From positions 1 to 24,619 of the forward strand of contig PKZK01000180.1 of NCBI GenBank assembly GCA_003133025.1: a DNA stretch of 24,619 bases. The letters are read 5' to 3'. The notes under the pieces are model-generated. The model saw nothing but the letters and a program-made list of their open reading frames with translations. It ran no database searches and was not told the origin of the DNA. Made by a program: the position numbers and the translations under genes. Source of the DNA: Vulcanimicrobiota bacterium (GTDB lineage Bacteria; Vulcanimicrobiota; Vulcanimicrobiia; Vulcanimicrobiales; Vulcanimicrobiaceae). The number at the start of each line of letters is the position of its first letter. The first letter of the stretch is position 1. Shown one piece after another: positions 1-8,231 of the stretch.

Positions 1-18
1 CTCGGCGTTAACGGCCAA
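1..18 (-). CDS. Possible N-terminus (TTG-AVNAE) of a gene running off the left edge
   Basis: GAGGA (minus strand, 29-25) lies 6 nt before TTG at 18, and there is a promoter-like motif at 113-87. Only 6 codons are visible. Confidence 0.2.
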
Positions 19-141
19 TGCACATCCTCGTTGCGAATTCGGGCGGCGCCGAGTTGTATCTCCCGGCCGTTACCGTTGCGCCCGTGCTTCTGTGCGGGGC
101 GGGCGGCACCTTGTCCGTCCGGCCCGAAATCTTTGGAATCC

Positions 142-1632
142 TCACGTCTGCGAAGATACTACCCGAATTTCCCGAAGTTCCGAATCGTACGGGCCCTGCA
201 TCCGCACGCCCGCACGCTGCTCGAGCCGCAGGTAGTCGATGATTTCGCGAGTGATCTCCTCGCCCGGCGAGATCACGGGTATGCCCGGCGGGTACGGCGT
301 GATGACCTCGGCGCAAATCCGTCCGGCGCTCTCCTTGAAGCGCACGAACTCCGTGTCGGCTAGGAAGGCCTCGCGCGGGTTCATCCGGATCGGCGGGATC
401 TTGGGCAGCGCATACGTGCCCGTTTTCAGACGGCGTTCGAGTACGCCCGAGGGCGAAAACACGTCGATCGGGCGATCCTCGCGCGCGAGTTCCTTCACGC
501 CATAGACCAAACGGTCGGCAGCCTCTTGCGTCGTCCCGATCGTGAACAGCGCGAGACAGTTGAACAGGTCGGCGAGTTCGCACTGCACGTTGTAGCGACG
601 CCGCAGAATCTCTTCGGCTTCATAGCCCGTATAGCCCAGATCCTTCACCGTGATCGTGATCTTCGTCGGATCGAGATCGAAGACGCCGGGCTTGCCGATC
701 TGCTCCTCGCCGAAACAGTACACGCCGGGAATTTCGTTCAGTCGGCGCCGCGTATCGTTGGCCAGATCGATCGTGCGTTGCAGCAGCGCGCGACCTTGCG
801 TGGCCATCTGGCGGCGCGCGACGTCGAGCGACGCGACCAAAACGAGATTCGGCGACGTCGAAAGAAATAATTTAACGACGGCTTTGAGCCGGTCGAGACG
901 GATTCGCGGGCTGCGTTCGTGCAGCATCGCGGTCTGCGACATGCTGCCCAGCATCTTGTGCGTGGAGTTGATGCACAGATCGGCGCCGGCTTCGAGCGCG
1001 TCGATCGGCAGATCGGGATGGAAATGGAAGTGCGGGCCCCACGCTTCATCCACGAGCAACGGTTTGTCGCGCTCGTGCGCGACGCGCGCGATGCCTTCGA
1101 GGTCGGCGGCGACGCCGTAGTACGTCGGGCTGACGACGTAGACCGCCGCAAGATCGGGATGTTCGTCGAGCGTGCGGCGCACGGTCTCCGGCGTGACCGT
1201 GTGGTCCATGTGCAGCGTCTCGTCGACTTCCGGTTTCATCCACACGGGGTGCGCGCCGCTCATGATCAGGCCGCCCATCGCGCTCTTGTGCGCGTTGCGC
1301 GGGATGGCGATCTTCTCGCCGGGATTGACGGCGGTCATCATCATGATCTGATTGCCGCTCGTCGAGCCGTTGATCAGGAAAAACGAGTGGTTGGCGGCGT
1401 AGGCTTCGGCCGCGAGTTCTTGCGCCTCTTCGATGGCCTCCGTGGGCTGCAGCAGGTCGTCGAGACCGCGAATCTGGGTGAGGTCGATGGCCAGCACGTT
1501 GTCGCCCAAAAAGTCGCGCAGGGCCGGGTCCATGCCCTTGCCCTGCATGTGGCCGGGCGTGTGGAACGGGATGACGCCGGAGTCGACGTAGTCGAGGAGC
1601 ACGTCGAAGTACGGAGTCCGGCTTTGATCCAC
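142..1632 (-). CDS. PLP-dependent Orn/Lys/Arg decarboxylase (Bacillus SpeA/YaaO-like), ~496 aa
   Basis: Motifs FHTPGH, INGSTSGN, RNAHKS, VDEAWG, STHK (PLP lysine), STSP and C-terminal PYPPGIP. Start placed at GTG 1632; ATG 1644 is the alternative. Confidence 0.93.
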   Translation of the reverse strand: MDQSRTPYFDVLLDYVDSGVIPFHTPGHMQGKGMDPALRDFLGDNVLAIDLTQIRGLDDLLQPTEAIEEAQELAAEAYAANHSFFLINGSTSGNQIMMMTAVNPGEKIAIPRNAHKSAMGGLIMSGAHPVWMKPEVDETLHMDHTVTPETVRRTLDEHPDLAAVYVVSPTYYGVAADLEGIARVAHERDKPLLVDEAWGPHFHFHPDLPIDALEAGADLCINSTHKMLGSMSQTAMLHERSPRIRLDRLKAVVKLFLSTSPNLVLVASLDVARRQMATQGRALLQRTIDLANDTRRRLNEIPGVYCFGEEQIGKPGVFDLDPTKITITVKDLGYTGYEAEEILRRRYNVQCELADLFNCLALFTIGTTQEAADRLVYGVKELAREDRPIDVFSPSGVLERRLKTGTYALPKIPPIRMNPREAFLADTEFVRFKESAGRICAEVITPYPPGIPVISPGEEITREIIDYLRLEQRAGVRMQGPYDSELREIRVVSSQT

Positions 1633-1642
1633 GCGCCCGACC

Positions 1643-1668
1643 ATTCCATGCCCACCGCCGGGACCTTG
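1643..1668 (-). promoter_or_regulatory. Sigma-H-like promoter (CAAGG-N17-GAAT) for the decarboxylase
   Basis: Same motif and spacing recur in at least six intergenic positions; GAAT ends 10 nt before GTG 1632. Confidence 0.45.
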
Positions 1669-1777
1669 CCTCGGCCCGAGGTCTTCCGGCCCAAGTTCGG
1701 AGGGGCGCTCGATGACGCTGCGATGTGGCCCGTGAACCCACACTCCCCGTGCTTCGCCCGCCGTGTCCTGAAGCCGG

Positions 1778-1808
1778 TAATGGCTTTTTAATGGCCCTGT
1801 TCTAGATT
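1778..1808 (+). promoter_or_regulatory. Putative SARP/OmpR-type operator: TAATGGC direct repeat with 11-bp period plus TAGATT -10 box
   Basis: TAATGGC at 1778-1784 and 1789-1795; TAGATT at 1803-1808; lies upstream of a SARP gene. Confidence 0.5.
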
Positions 1809-1857
1809 GGCCTCACGGCCCGCCGATTGGGACGGCCGGTGCATGAGGACGATGGCA

Positions 1858-2628
1858 ATGACAGACGAAACGGGTGCCGGCGTCGGAACCGGACGCGCGG
1901 AAATGGGCGAGGCTTGGGGCCGGATCGATCTCCTCTCCGGCGAGATCCGGACGAACGAACCGGGAACGAAGCTGACGCGCCTCGAGCGCGCGGTACTCGT
2001 GTACCTCGCGGTCAAGCGCGGCGGCAGCCGCGAGGAGATCGCCGACACGCTGTTCGGACACCTCGACCTCGAGTCGGCGCACAATACCCTGAAGGTGGCG
2101 ATCTGCCGGGCGCGCCGCAAATGCGGCTTGCCGCCCATCGTCAACTGGAGCGACGGCCGATACGCGCTGACGGAGTGCCCGCTGGACGAACTCCGTGCGA
2201 CCGAGAGCGCCGTGCGGCTGACCCGTCAAGCCCGGCGCCGGCTCTGCGCCGGCGAGATGGCCCGCTTCGAGGCCTACGCGCAGCGCCTCAAGCGGAGGGT
2301 CAAGGATCCTTGGGCGTGTGAACCCTGGTTCGAGCCGATCGAGTGGCGCCTCGGACATCTCAACCGCGAGGTGTGCACGGTCCTGGCCACGGACGCCCTG
2401 CTCGCCGGCGACCCGGCACGGGCCCTCGGACTCGCGATCGAATACGAAGACGGCGAGTCCCTGGACGAGGAGCCCCGCGAGATCGCCATCCGGGCCTACC
2501 ACGCCCTGGGCAACCGCGGCGCCGCACTAGCCGAGTTCCTTCGCTACGAGCGCGCCCTCGAGCGCGAACTGGGGATCAAGCCGGGTGAAAATCTGCGGAA
2601 TCTGGCGTTCAAAGGCATCGCGCAATAG
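1858..2628 (+). CDS. SARP-family transcriptional regulator (OmpR-type wHTH + BTAD), ~256 aa
   Basis: wHTH segment LTRLERAVLVYLA..SREEIADTLF..NTLKVAICRARR..GRYAL; BTAD segment LDEEPREIAIRAYHALGNRGAALAEF..LERELGIKP; GAGGA 8 nt before ATG 1858. Confidence 0.85.
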   Translation: MTDETGAGVGTGRAEMGEAWGRIDLLSGEIRTNEPGTKLTRLERAVLVYLAVKRGGSREEIADTLFGHLDLESAHNTLKVAICRARRKCGLPPIVNWSDGRYALTECPLDELRATESAVRLTRQARRRLCAGEMARFEAYAQRLKRRVKDPWACEPWFEPIEWRLGHLNREVCTVLATDALLAGDPARALGLAIEYEDGESLDEEPREIAIRAYHALGNRGAALAEFLRYERALERELGIKPGENLRNLAFKGIAQ

Positions 2629-2661
2629 GGTTGGGTACGCGGGTCCGTCCAATACGACCGA

Positions 2662-5520
2662 GTGCCCCCGCTACCCGACTCTTTGGCGGCGATTATTCAG
2701 CGAATCGACAAAGCGGACGTCGATCTCATTCTGGTGACCGCACCCGCGGGTTTTGGGAAGACCACGTTTGCAACGAGATTAGCGGCGACTCGTCGAGCCA
2801 GGGCGAGTTGCGACGTGTCGGGTTTAGCGCTGATCGATGTCGCGAAGAGCCTGCTCGAAGCTCTCGCCACCGAGAGCCCCCAGCGCGGACGCGCGCTGGC
2901 AGAGGCGCGTGCTTCATCCGACCCAAGCAATCCGGCCGACTGGCAAACTCTCGTCCAGCGCCTTTGGGTGCTCCCTCCGTCAGAGCCATCGTATCTTACT
3001 CTAGATAACGTCGAGGCGGCGACCTCGCACGCCGACATTCTTTCCTTCATCGGCACCCTCTTGTCGTGCCGCCCGAGCGGGAGAAGGGTCATACTCTGTT
3101 CGCGCAGCCGGCTGCCGAACGACATCAGTAGGCACGCCTTGCCTCATCGCACCGAATTCATCGGAATGGACGATCTGCGGCTGAGCCGCCATGAGGTTCT
3201 CGAGTTATTCCGAGCAGCCGGCGCCGGCGAAGAGTTGGCCGACGAGGTGTTCGCACGAACGGCGGGTTGGCCCATAGCGGTTCAACTCATGCGTAGGCTC
3301 GAGGTGGAAGGCCGATTGACTGAGGCACTTCGAGGTCGAGGCCCGAAAGCTCTCGACGCACTGATCGAATACATGTCCAGCCAATATCTCGACACTCTGA
3401 GTCCGACCGAGCGCAAGGCGACGCTCTTGTCTATCGCAATTCCCAACCTGGCAAAACACGAAGCGAGCGCCTGGGCTCGCCTCAGCGCAGCGGAGTATGC
3501 CTACCTGTTACGCGAATCGCCTCTATTACGCGAATCGGACTCCGGCCAGGTAGAGCCCCACCCGCTGCTGCGATCGATTGCTGCGGCACGGTACGGTCCG
3601 GAGTGCTCCGACCTCGCGAAGGACACCGCAGCGGCGTGTCAGCGGGACGGCGATGCCCTTCGTGCGGGCGAGATTTTCCTTTCCCTCGGTGACCGCGAAC
3701 GTGCTGCGGCCTGCCTAGCTAACCTACCCCCAACGACAGATCCGGCAAAGACCTATCGTCTCCTAAACGTGCTCAGCGAACTCGACTCCGAGAGCATCAT
3801 CAGCCACCCGTCGTTGTGGCTCGCCGCTTCGGAGTTCCGCCGCTTCGCCGTCCCACTCGAACAACTACTCGACGAGGCACGCCGAGTATATTACACGCTA
3901 CCCCATGACGCACCCGAGCGTCAGCGAAGTGATATCGCCATTCAATACTCCTGGCTGCTGTTACACGGTGGTAAGCCTCGTGAAGCTAAGGCAGTAATCG
4001 AGGATGCGCTCGAATTCATCGCAACCGAGGGCATCGCAGCGGAGCTGCGCGTCGTCAGGCTTTCACTCTTATCCATGCTCGGTCACTACCTAGAGGCGAG
4101 GGCCGCGACTCGCGACGTCTCGATGGCGAAGAAAAATCCGCGCCTCCACGCACAGCTCATGGACTTCATCGAGGCGACTACCGCCCTCCGTAGCGGTGAG
4201 TACGAGCGCGGTATCTCGCTGCTCGAAGAAACGGCGCGTCTGGCTCGACACCACGGGCTCGTTTCGCGCCTTCTCATCAGTTTATCAAATCTAGCTTTTG
4301 AGGCCTGGTACGCCGGAGACGACGAACGATTGGCGCGAGCGGTAGCGGAAATACGCGCCGCTTTACTCCCGGGCTTCGAGAACGCCTGGCACTTTTGGCT
4401 CGAGGCTGTTGCAGGAGACGACGACGCTCAACCCACCGGCTTCGAGGCCGTAACGCTGCGAACCATCGGTTTTCTGTTTCTTGCTTCGAGCGCGTCGGGT
4501 ACGAAGCGCGTACAGTTCGTGAGACGCGCGGTAGCGGAGTCGGATATCTCAGGCGACGTTGGCCTGCGCGTAATCTCGCGGATTGCAGCCGCCGAGTACG
4601 ATCCAGAGTTCAAGTTGGATCACGTAGCGGCCGCCTGCGACTTGGCTGCCTCGATCGATATCGCTCCGCTTCGCAACGCGGTTCTCGCATATGCTCGCCA
4701 AGACCCCGATCTGGGCGCGCTCCAGCGCTTTGTAGAGCTGCGGCTGCGTCGTAGTCCGCAGATCGCGTCCGGCATCGTGATCGAGCTCGTTAGGGGTAAG
4801 GTATTTCGCGACGGCCATCCCGTCGACGTCTCAACCCGCGAATTTGCGCTGGTGGCGCTCTTGGCGGTAAGCGGCCGGGCCATGCATCGCGATTCCATCG
4901 CCGACGCTCTTTGGCCCGATTTGGATGCGGACGCAGCCGCGAACAACCTCCGAGTCGTCGTGCACAAGCTTCGTAAGAAGCTGGGTGACGTCGCGATCCT
5001 CTCTATACGTGGAGGCTACGGGCTCGGCGCTGACGTATCGATCGATTTATCGAATATCGAGAGCCTCGTGCACGAGTGCTCGCTCATGGAAACGATACCC
5101 CCCGAACGCGCGCGAGCGTTGCGCAAATATCTCGACTCGGAAATGGACCCCACGCGCGAGGAACTCCTTCGCTACAATTGGTACGTTTCGCTCGACCACC
5201 GCCTGGCCGAACTGCGCCGAACGGCGACACTGACCTTGGCCAAAGACGCGTATGCACGTGGAGCTTGGAGCGTCGCTCAGCGTCACGCGGGCGAGCTCAT
5301 GGATCGAGACGCCACGGACGAATGCGCTTGCGAGATCATGCTCCGGACGCTCCTCAGAACATCCGACCTCACTGCCGCGAGGCGGCAATTGAACCGTTTC
5401 CTAACGGCCGTTGCCGAGGAAGGTGACGAGCTCGCCGAGCGGCGCATGCGAAGCATTTTTAGCCGCGAACTCAAGGCGAGCCCATTGCGGCAAGACTCGA
5501 CATCGCTCCTATCGTCGTAG
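2662..5520 (+). CDS. MalT-like STAND NTPase regulator: ATPase + helical/TPR-like sensor + C-terminal wHTH-BTAD, 952 aa
   Basis: Walker A APAGFGKTT, Walker B LTLDNVE, LCSRSR, TAGWP (STAND GxP motif), HPLLR; C-terminal STREFALVALL..RDSIADALWPD..LRVVVHKLRKKLG..GGYGL and BTAD-like DATDECACEIMLR. Confidence 0.85.
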   Translation: MPPLPDSLAAIIQRIDKADVDLILVTAPAGFGKTTFATRLAATRRARASCDVSGLALIDVAKSLLEALATESPQRGRALAEARASSDPSNPADWQTLVQRLWVLPPSEPSYLTLDNVEAATSHADILSFIGTLLSCRPSGRRVILCSRSRLPNDISRHALPHRTEFIGMDDLRLSRHEVLELFRAAGAGEELADEVFARTAGWPIAVQLMRRLEVEGRLTEALRGRGPKALDALIEYMSSQYLDTLSPTERKATLLSIAIPNLAKHEASAWARLSAAEYAYLLRESPLLRESDSGQVEPHPLLRSIAAARYGPECSDLAKDTAAACQRDGDALRAGEIFLSLGDRERAAACLANLPPTTDPAKTYRLLNVLSELDSESIISHPSLWLAASEFRRFAVPLEQLLDEARRVYYTLPHDAPERQRSDIAIQYSWLLLHGGKPREAKAVIEDALEFIATEGIAAELRVVRLSLLSMLGHYLEARAATRDVSMAKKNPRLHAQLMDFIEATTALRSGEYERGISLLEETARLARHHGLVSRLLISLSNLAFEAWYAGDDERLARAVAEIRAALLPGFENAWHFWLEAVAGDDDAQPTGFEAVTLRTIGFLFLASSASGTKRVQFVRRAVAESDISGDVGLRVISRIAAAEYDPEFKLDHVAAACDLAASIDIAPLRNAVLAYARQDPDLGALQRFVELRLRRSPQIASGIVIELVRGKVFRDGHPVDVSTREFALVALLAVSGRAMHRDSIADALWPDLDADAAANNLRVVVHKLRKKLGDVAILSIRGGYGLGADVSIDLSNIESLVHECSLMETIPPERARALRKYLDSEMDPTREELLRYNWYVSLDHRLAELRRTATLTLAKDAYARGAWSVAQRHAGELMDRDATDECACEIMLRTLLRTSDLTAARRQLNRFLTAVAEEGDELAERRMRSIFSRELKASPLRQDSTSLLSS

Positions 5521-5557
5521 AACGCGCAGCATGGAAAGCGCCCTGCGCTCACCCTTC

Positions 5558-6616
5558 CTAGTGAAGAAACGTTCGCTTGAGGATGCCGTTGCTATAGATG
5601 CCCTCGCACGAGATCGTCGGGGCCATCTCGTTACTAGTCTCGAGACTTAGCTCGCTAACGACCCGTTCGCAGACCTGCTCGTAGGTCAGCGGCCGCTCTG
5701 CTTTTTCCTTCAGCGCTCGTTCCAAGACTTCTACGAGCGCGTTGGTGAAGAACGTTCCACTCTCCATCACTTCCATATAACGGTCTGCCTGGCAGGCCGC
5801 AAAGTGAACGAATGGAATCCGCAGATCGCTCGAGCTATCCGTCGCTTGGGGGACCAATATACCGTAGAGGTCTCGATCCATGTCACAGACCTGCCTCACC
5901 ACGTCGGAGGATGAGGCATCCTCGTCGGGCTCGACTCGAGGCTTTAACTCCACCGGTGCTTTCGGCCCGAGCGCTTTCCCCTTCTGTCCCGAATGGTCTC
6001 CCGGTAACGAAAATCCGCCCGCCGCGCATGCATCGATGATGCTGATGAAACGCACGCCGCGAGGGAAGCGGGCCAAGAGGTCGGCGAACTCGGAAACCAA
6101 CATCATCCGGTCGTAAAGCAGGATCCCCGTCGTAGGAAAATGGGCGCCATCTGCGAGATGCGACGGCTGGGACGTTGGATTGAACATCTGAAGAGCTATC
6201 GGCGGCTTCACGGCGATCGGCTCTTCCAGCCTGCCGCGTGCGGAATCTGCGTCACCGGTAGCAAGCCGCTTTCGGCCGACCGGACCACTTGGCACGACCT
6301 CAGACGCAACGCTCCCGGTGATCACTCCCCCAACAGCCTGGCTCTCGAAACCGACTTCGAAGCGGACTCCATGCCCGTGAAAACTAAACAATACCGTATC
6401 GCCCGCTTTCGCGCGTAAAGCGAGGTCCCCCAGCGCGGCTACTGCAGTCGCTACGGTAGCGTCAGAAAAAACGACGCTTTCCAGGGGTTCCGGGGCCAGC
6501 CTCTCGATAACCCTTCTTAATTTCTGCGCACTATACACACACCCCCTGAGCGTGAGATGGAGGTGGGCAAAACGCTCGCTCACATAATCCATCCCGATAT
6601 GCAAAGCATAAAACAT
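5558..6616 (-). CDS. Caspase-like protease (peptidase C14, metacaspase/orthocaspase type), ~352 aa
   Basis: YALHIGMDY, LRGCV, GDTVLFSFHGHG (catalytic His), IIDAC (catalytic Cys), p10-like FAACQADR..GTFFTNALVEVL; GAGGAGG RBS before ATG 6616. Confidence 0.85.
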   Translation of the reverse strand: MFYALHIGMDYVSERFAHLHLTLRGCVYSAQKLRRVIERLAPEPLESVVFSDATVATAVAALGDLALRAKAGDTVLFSFHGHGVRFEVGFESQAVGGVITGSVASEVVPSGPVGRKRLATGDADSARGRLEEPIAVKPPIALQMFNPTSQPSHLADGAHFPTTGILLYDRMMLVSEFADLLARFPRGVRFISIIDACAAGGFSLPGDHSGQKGKALGPKAPVELKPRVEPDEDASSSDVVRQVCDMDRDLYGILVPQATDSSSDLRIPFVHFAACQADRYMEVMESGTFFTNALVEVLERALKEKAERPLTYEQVCERVVSELSLETSNEMAPTISCEGIYSNGILKRTFLH

Positions 6617-6637
6617 AAACGCCCTTCCTCCTCTACG

Positions 6638-6666
6638 TTGCGCAGCCACGAGAAACCGTGTATACT
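6638..6666 (+). promoter_or_regulatory. Sigma70-type promoter TTGCGC-N17-TATACT for the peptide + radical SAM operon
   Basis: -35 at 6638-6643 and -10 at 6661-6666 with a 17-nt spacer; RBS GAGGAGG at 6714-6720. Confidence 0.6.
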
Positions 6667-6731
6667 CGTTCTACGAGCAAGAGAGCGATTCTTGCCGCCC
6701 TTAAATTGAAGACGAGGAGGCCTTACTAATC

Positions 6732-7112
6732 ATGGGCACGTCGCCTGACGAACAATCAAAGAGCGGGGCGGAACCAGTTGCTAAACCAACTTCTGCCAAA
6801 CCACCCCTGAGCGCAAAGGCGGGAGTCACGCCGAGGTCGATGACAATCTACCTTTCAGATGGTAGCGTGTATCCGGTTTCCGACCCCGGCACGATTGCGC
6901 AGATTCATGGGGACGTGCCCCCTCCTCCGATTCCGAGCCCGTATCTAGGGCCGAGCCTATATCCGGACGCGGCGAATCCCGGACCGCTCGCCCTTCCATA
7001 TCTCGAAGAAACGTACTACCCCTACCCCACCGACCCGACGCCTCATCCAGACTTTGACTGGCGTGAGATAACCGACGAGGCGGCAGTGCGCAAGATCCTA
7101 GGCTTATCCTGA
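6732..7112 (+). CDS. 126-aa Pro/Tyr-rich hypothetical protein; candidate precursor/substrate of the adjacent radical SAM enzyme
   Basis: Strong RBS and promoter; ends 16 nt before the rSAM gene; 24 Pro and 8 Tyr; duplicated internal motifs. Function is inferred. Confidence 0.75.
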   Translation: MGTSPDEQSKSGAEPVAKPTSAKPPLSAKAGVTPRSMTIYLSDGSVYPVSDPGTIAQIHGDVPPPPIPSPYLGPSLYPDAANPGPLALPYLEETYYPYPTDPTPHPDFDWREITDEAAVRKILGLS

Positions 7113-7128
7113 ACCTTCTCGGGGCGAT

Positions 7129-8178
7129 ATGGAAATTGCACGCCTGCGGCCTCGCGTATTAACGCTCGTCACTACGCATCAGTGCACGGCAGCATGCGAT
7201 CACTGCTGTTTCGCTTGCACGCCACGGGTAACGAAGCGTATCCCTAAGGCCCGCCTTGCGAGCCTTATCGATGAGGCGAGCGCAATTGCGTCGATAGGCA
7301 CGATCTCCTTCGTCGGTGGCGAGTGCTTCTTGCTCGGTCGCGAATTGGACGATCATTTCAGGCGGGCTTCAAAGCACGGCCTCAAGGTCTCCACGACGAC
7401 CAATGGGTATTGGGCAGTAACCGAAAAGAGCGCGCGCGAGCGGATGGAGCGCGCCGCGGACGCCGGCCTCGGCGACATCACCCTCAGTACGGGTGAGATG
7501 CATGCAAAGTTCGTGCCGCCCGAACGCATAGTTCACGCAGCGGCTGCAGCGTTCGATTTAGGGATGCAGGTTCACGTCGCCATCGAGGATTTCGCCGACA
7601 CGACCTTCGACTGGCGATGGATCGTCGATGCGCGTGAGATACGCGAGCGCACGCCGGATCCACGTCTCGAGCTCTTTAGGCGCTCCTGGATTCCGCACGC
7701 CGACGGCGTCGGACGAGCCGTGCTCCGCCACAGCGCGGATGACCGCAGATTTCGACCCGATCCAGTTCCGGGATGCGGTTTCATCTTTGACGATCTCACC
7801 GTTACGCCCGACCTTTCGCTTGCGGCGTGTTGCGGTTATCCCATCGAGTCGATTCCCGACCTTCACCTCGGGTCCGTCGCAAACAAAACCATCCAAGAGG
7901 TCGTCGAAGAAGCGCCCGACGACTTCTTGAAGGTGATGCTGCACGTGGCGGGCCCGGAGCTCATCTTGGAGTTCGTAAAGAGGTTTATCCCAAACTACGT
8001 ATTGCCGGTGGAGAACGTGCACATGTGCCAGACCTGCCTGCACCTGCATCGCGACCCCGTTGCCCTTACCATAGTGAACGAGCACCGCGCTGAGATCGAG
8101 AGTAGAATCTGGGAGTTGTTCGACAGAAAGCGCGCACGCCCGACCAATCACGATCGCATGGCGGGCGCCGCAGGCTGA
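7129..8178 (+). CDS. Radical SAM enzyme with auxiliary Fe-S (twitch/SPASM-like) domain, EpeE/YydG-like, 349 aa
   Basis: C19xxxC23xxC26C27 (CTAACDHCCF), GGE, TNGYWA, and C216, C234-C235, C300xxC303. Confidence 0.88.
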   Translation: MEIARLRPRVLTLVTTHQCTAACDHCCFACTPRVTKRIPKARLASLIDEASAIASIGTISFVGGECFLLGRELDDHFRRASKHGLKVSTTTNGYWAVTEKSARERMERAADAGLGDITLSTGEMHAKFVPPERIVHAAAAAFDLGMQVHVAIEDFADTTFDWRWIVDAREIRERTPDPRLELFRRSWIPHADGVGRAVLRHSADDRRFRPDPVPGCGFIFDDLTVTPDLSLAACCGYPIESIPDLHLGSVANKTIQEVVEEAPDDFLKVMLHVAGPELILEFVKRFIPNYVLPVENVHMCQTCLHLHRDPVALTIVNEHRAEIESRIWELFDRKRARPTNHDRMAGAAG

Positions 8179-8194
8179 CGGCATTCGGGTGCAT

Positions 8195-8231
8195 CTGCGG
8201 CGCACGACGCTTCGTGCACGGTCCGCCGCAG
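8195..8231. terminator. Stem-loop between the convergent rSAM and M61 genes
   Basis: CTGCGGCG/CGCCGCAG outer stem with inner GCACGA/TCGTGC; no clear U-tract. Confidence 0.3.
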
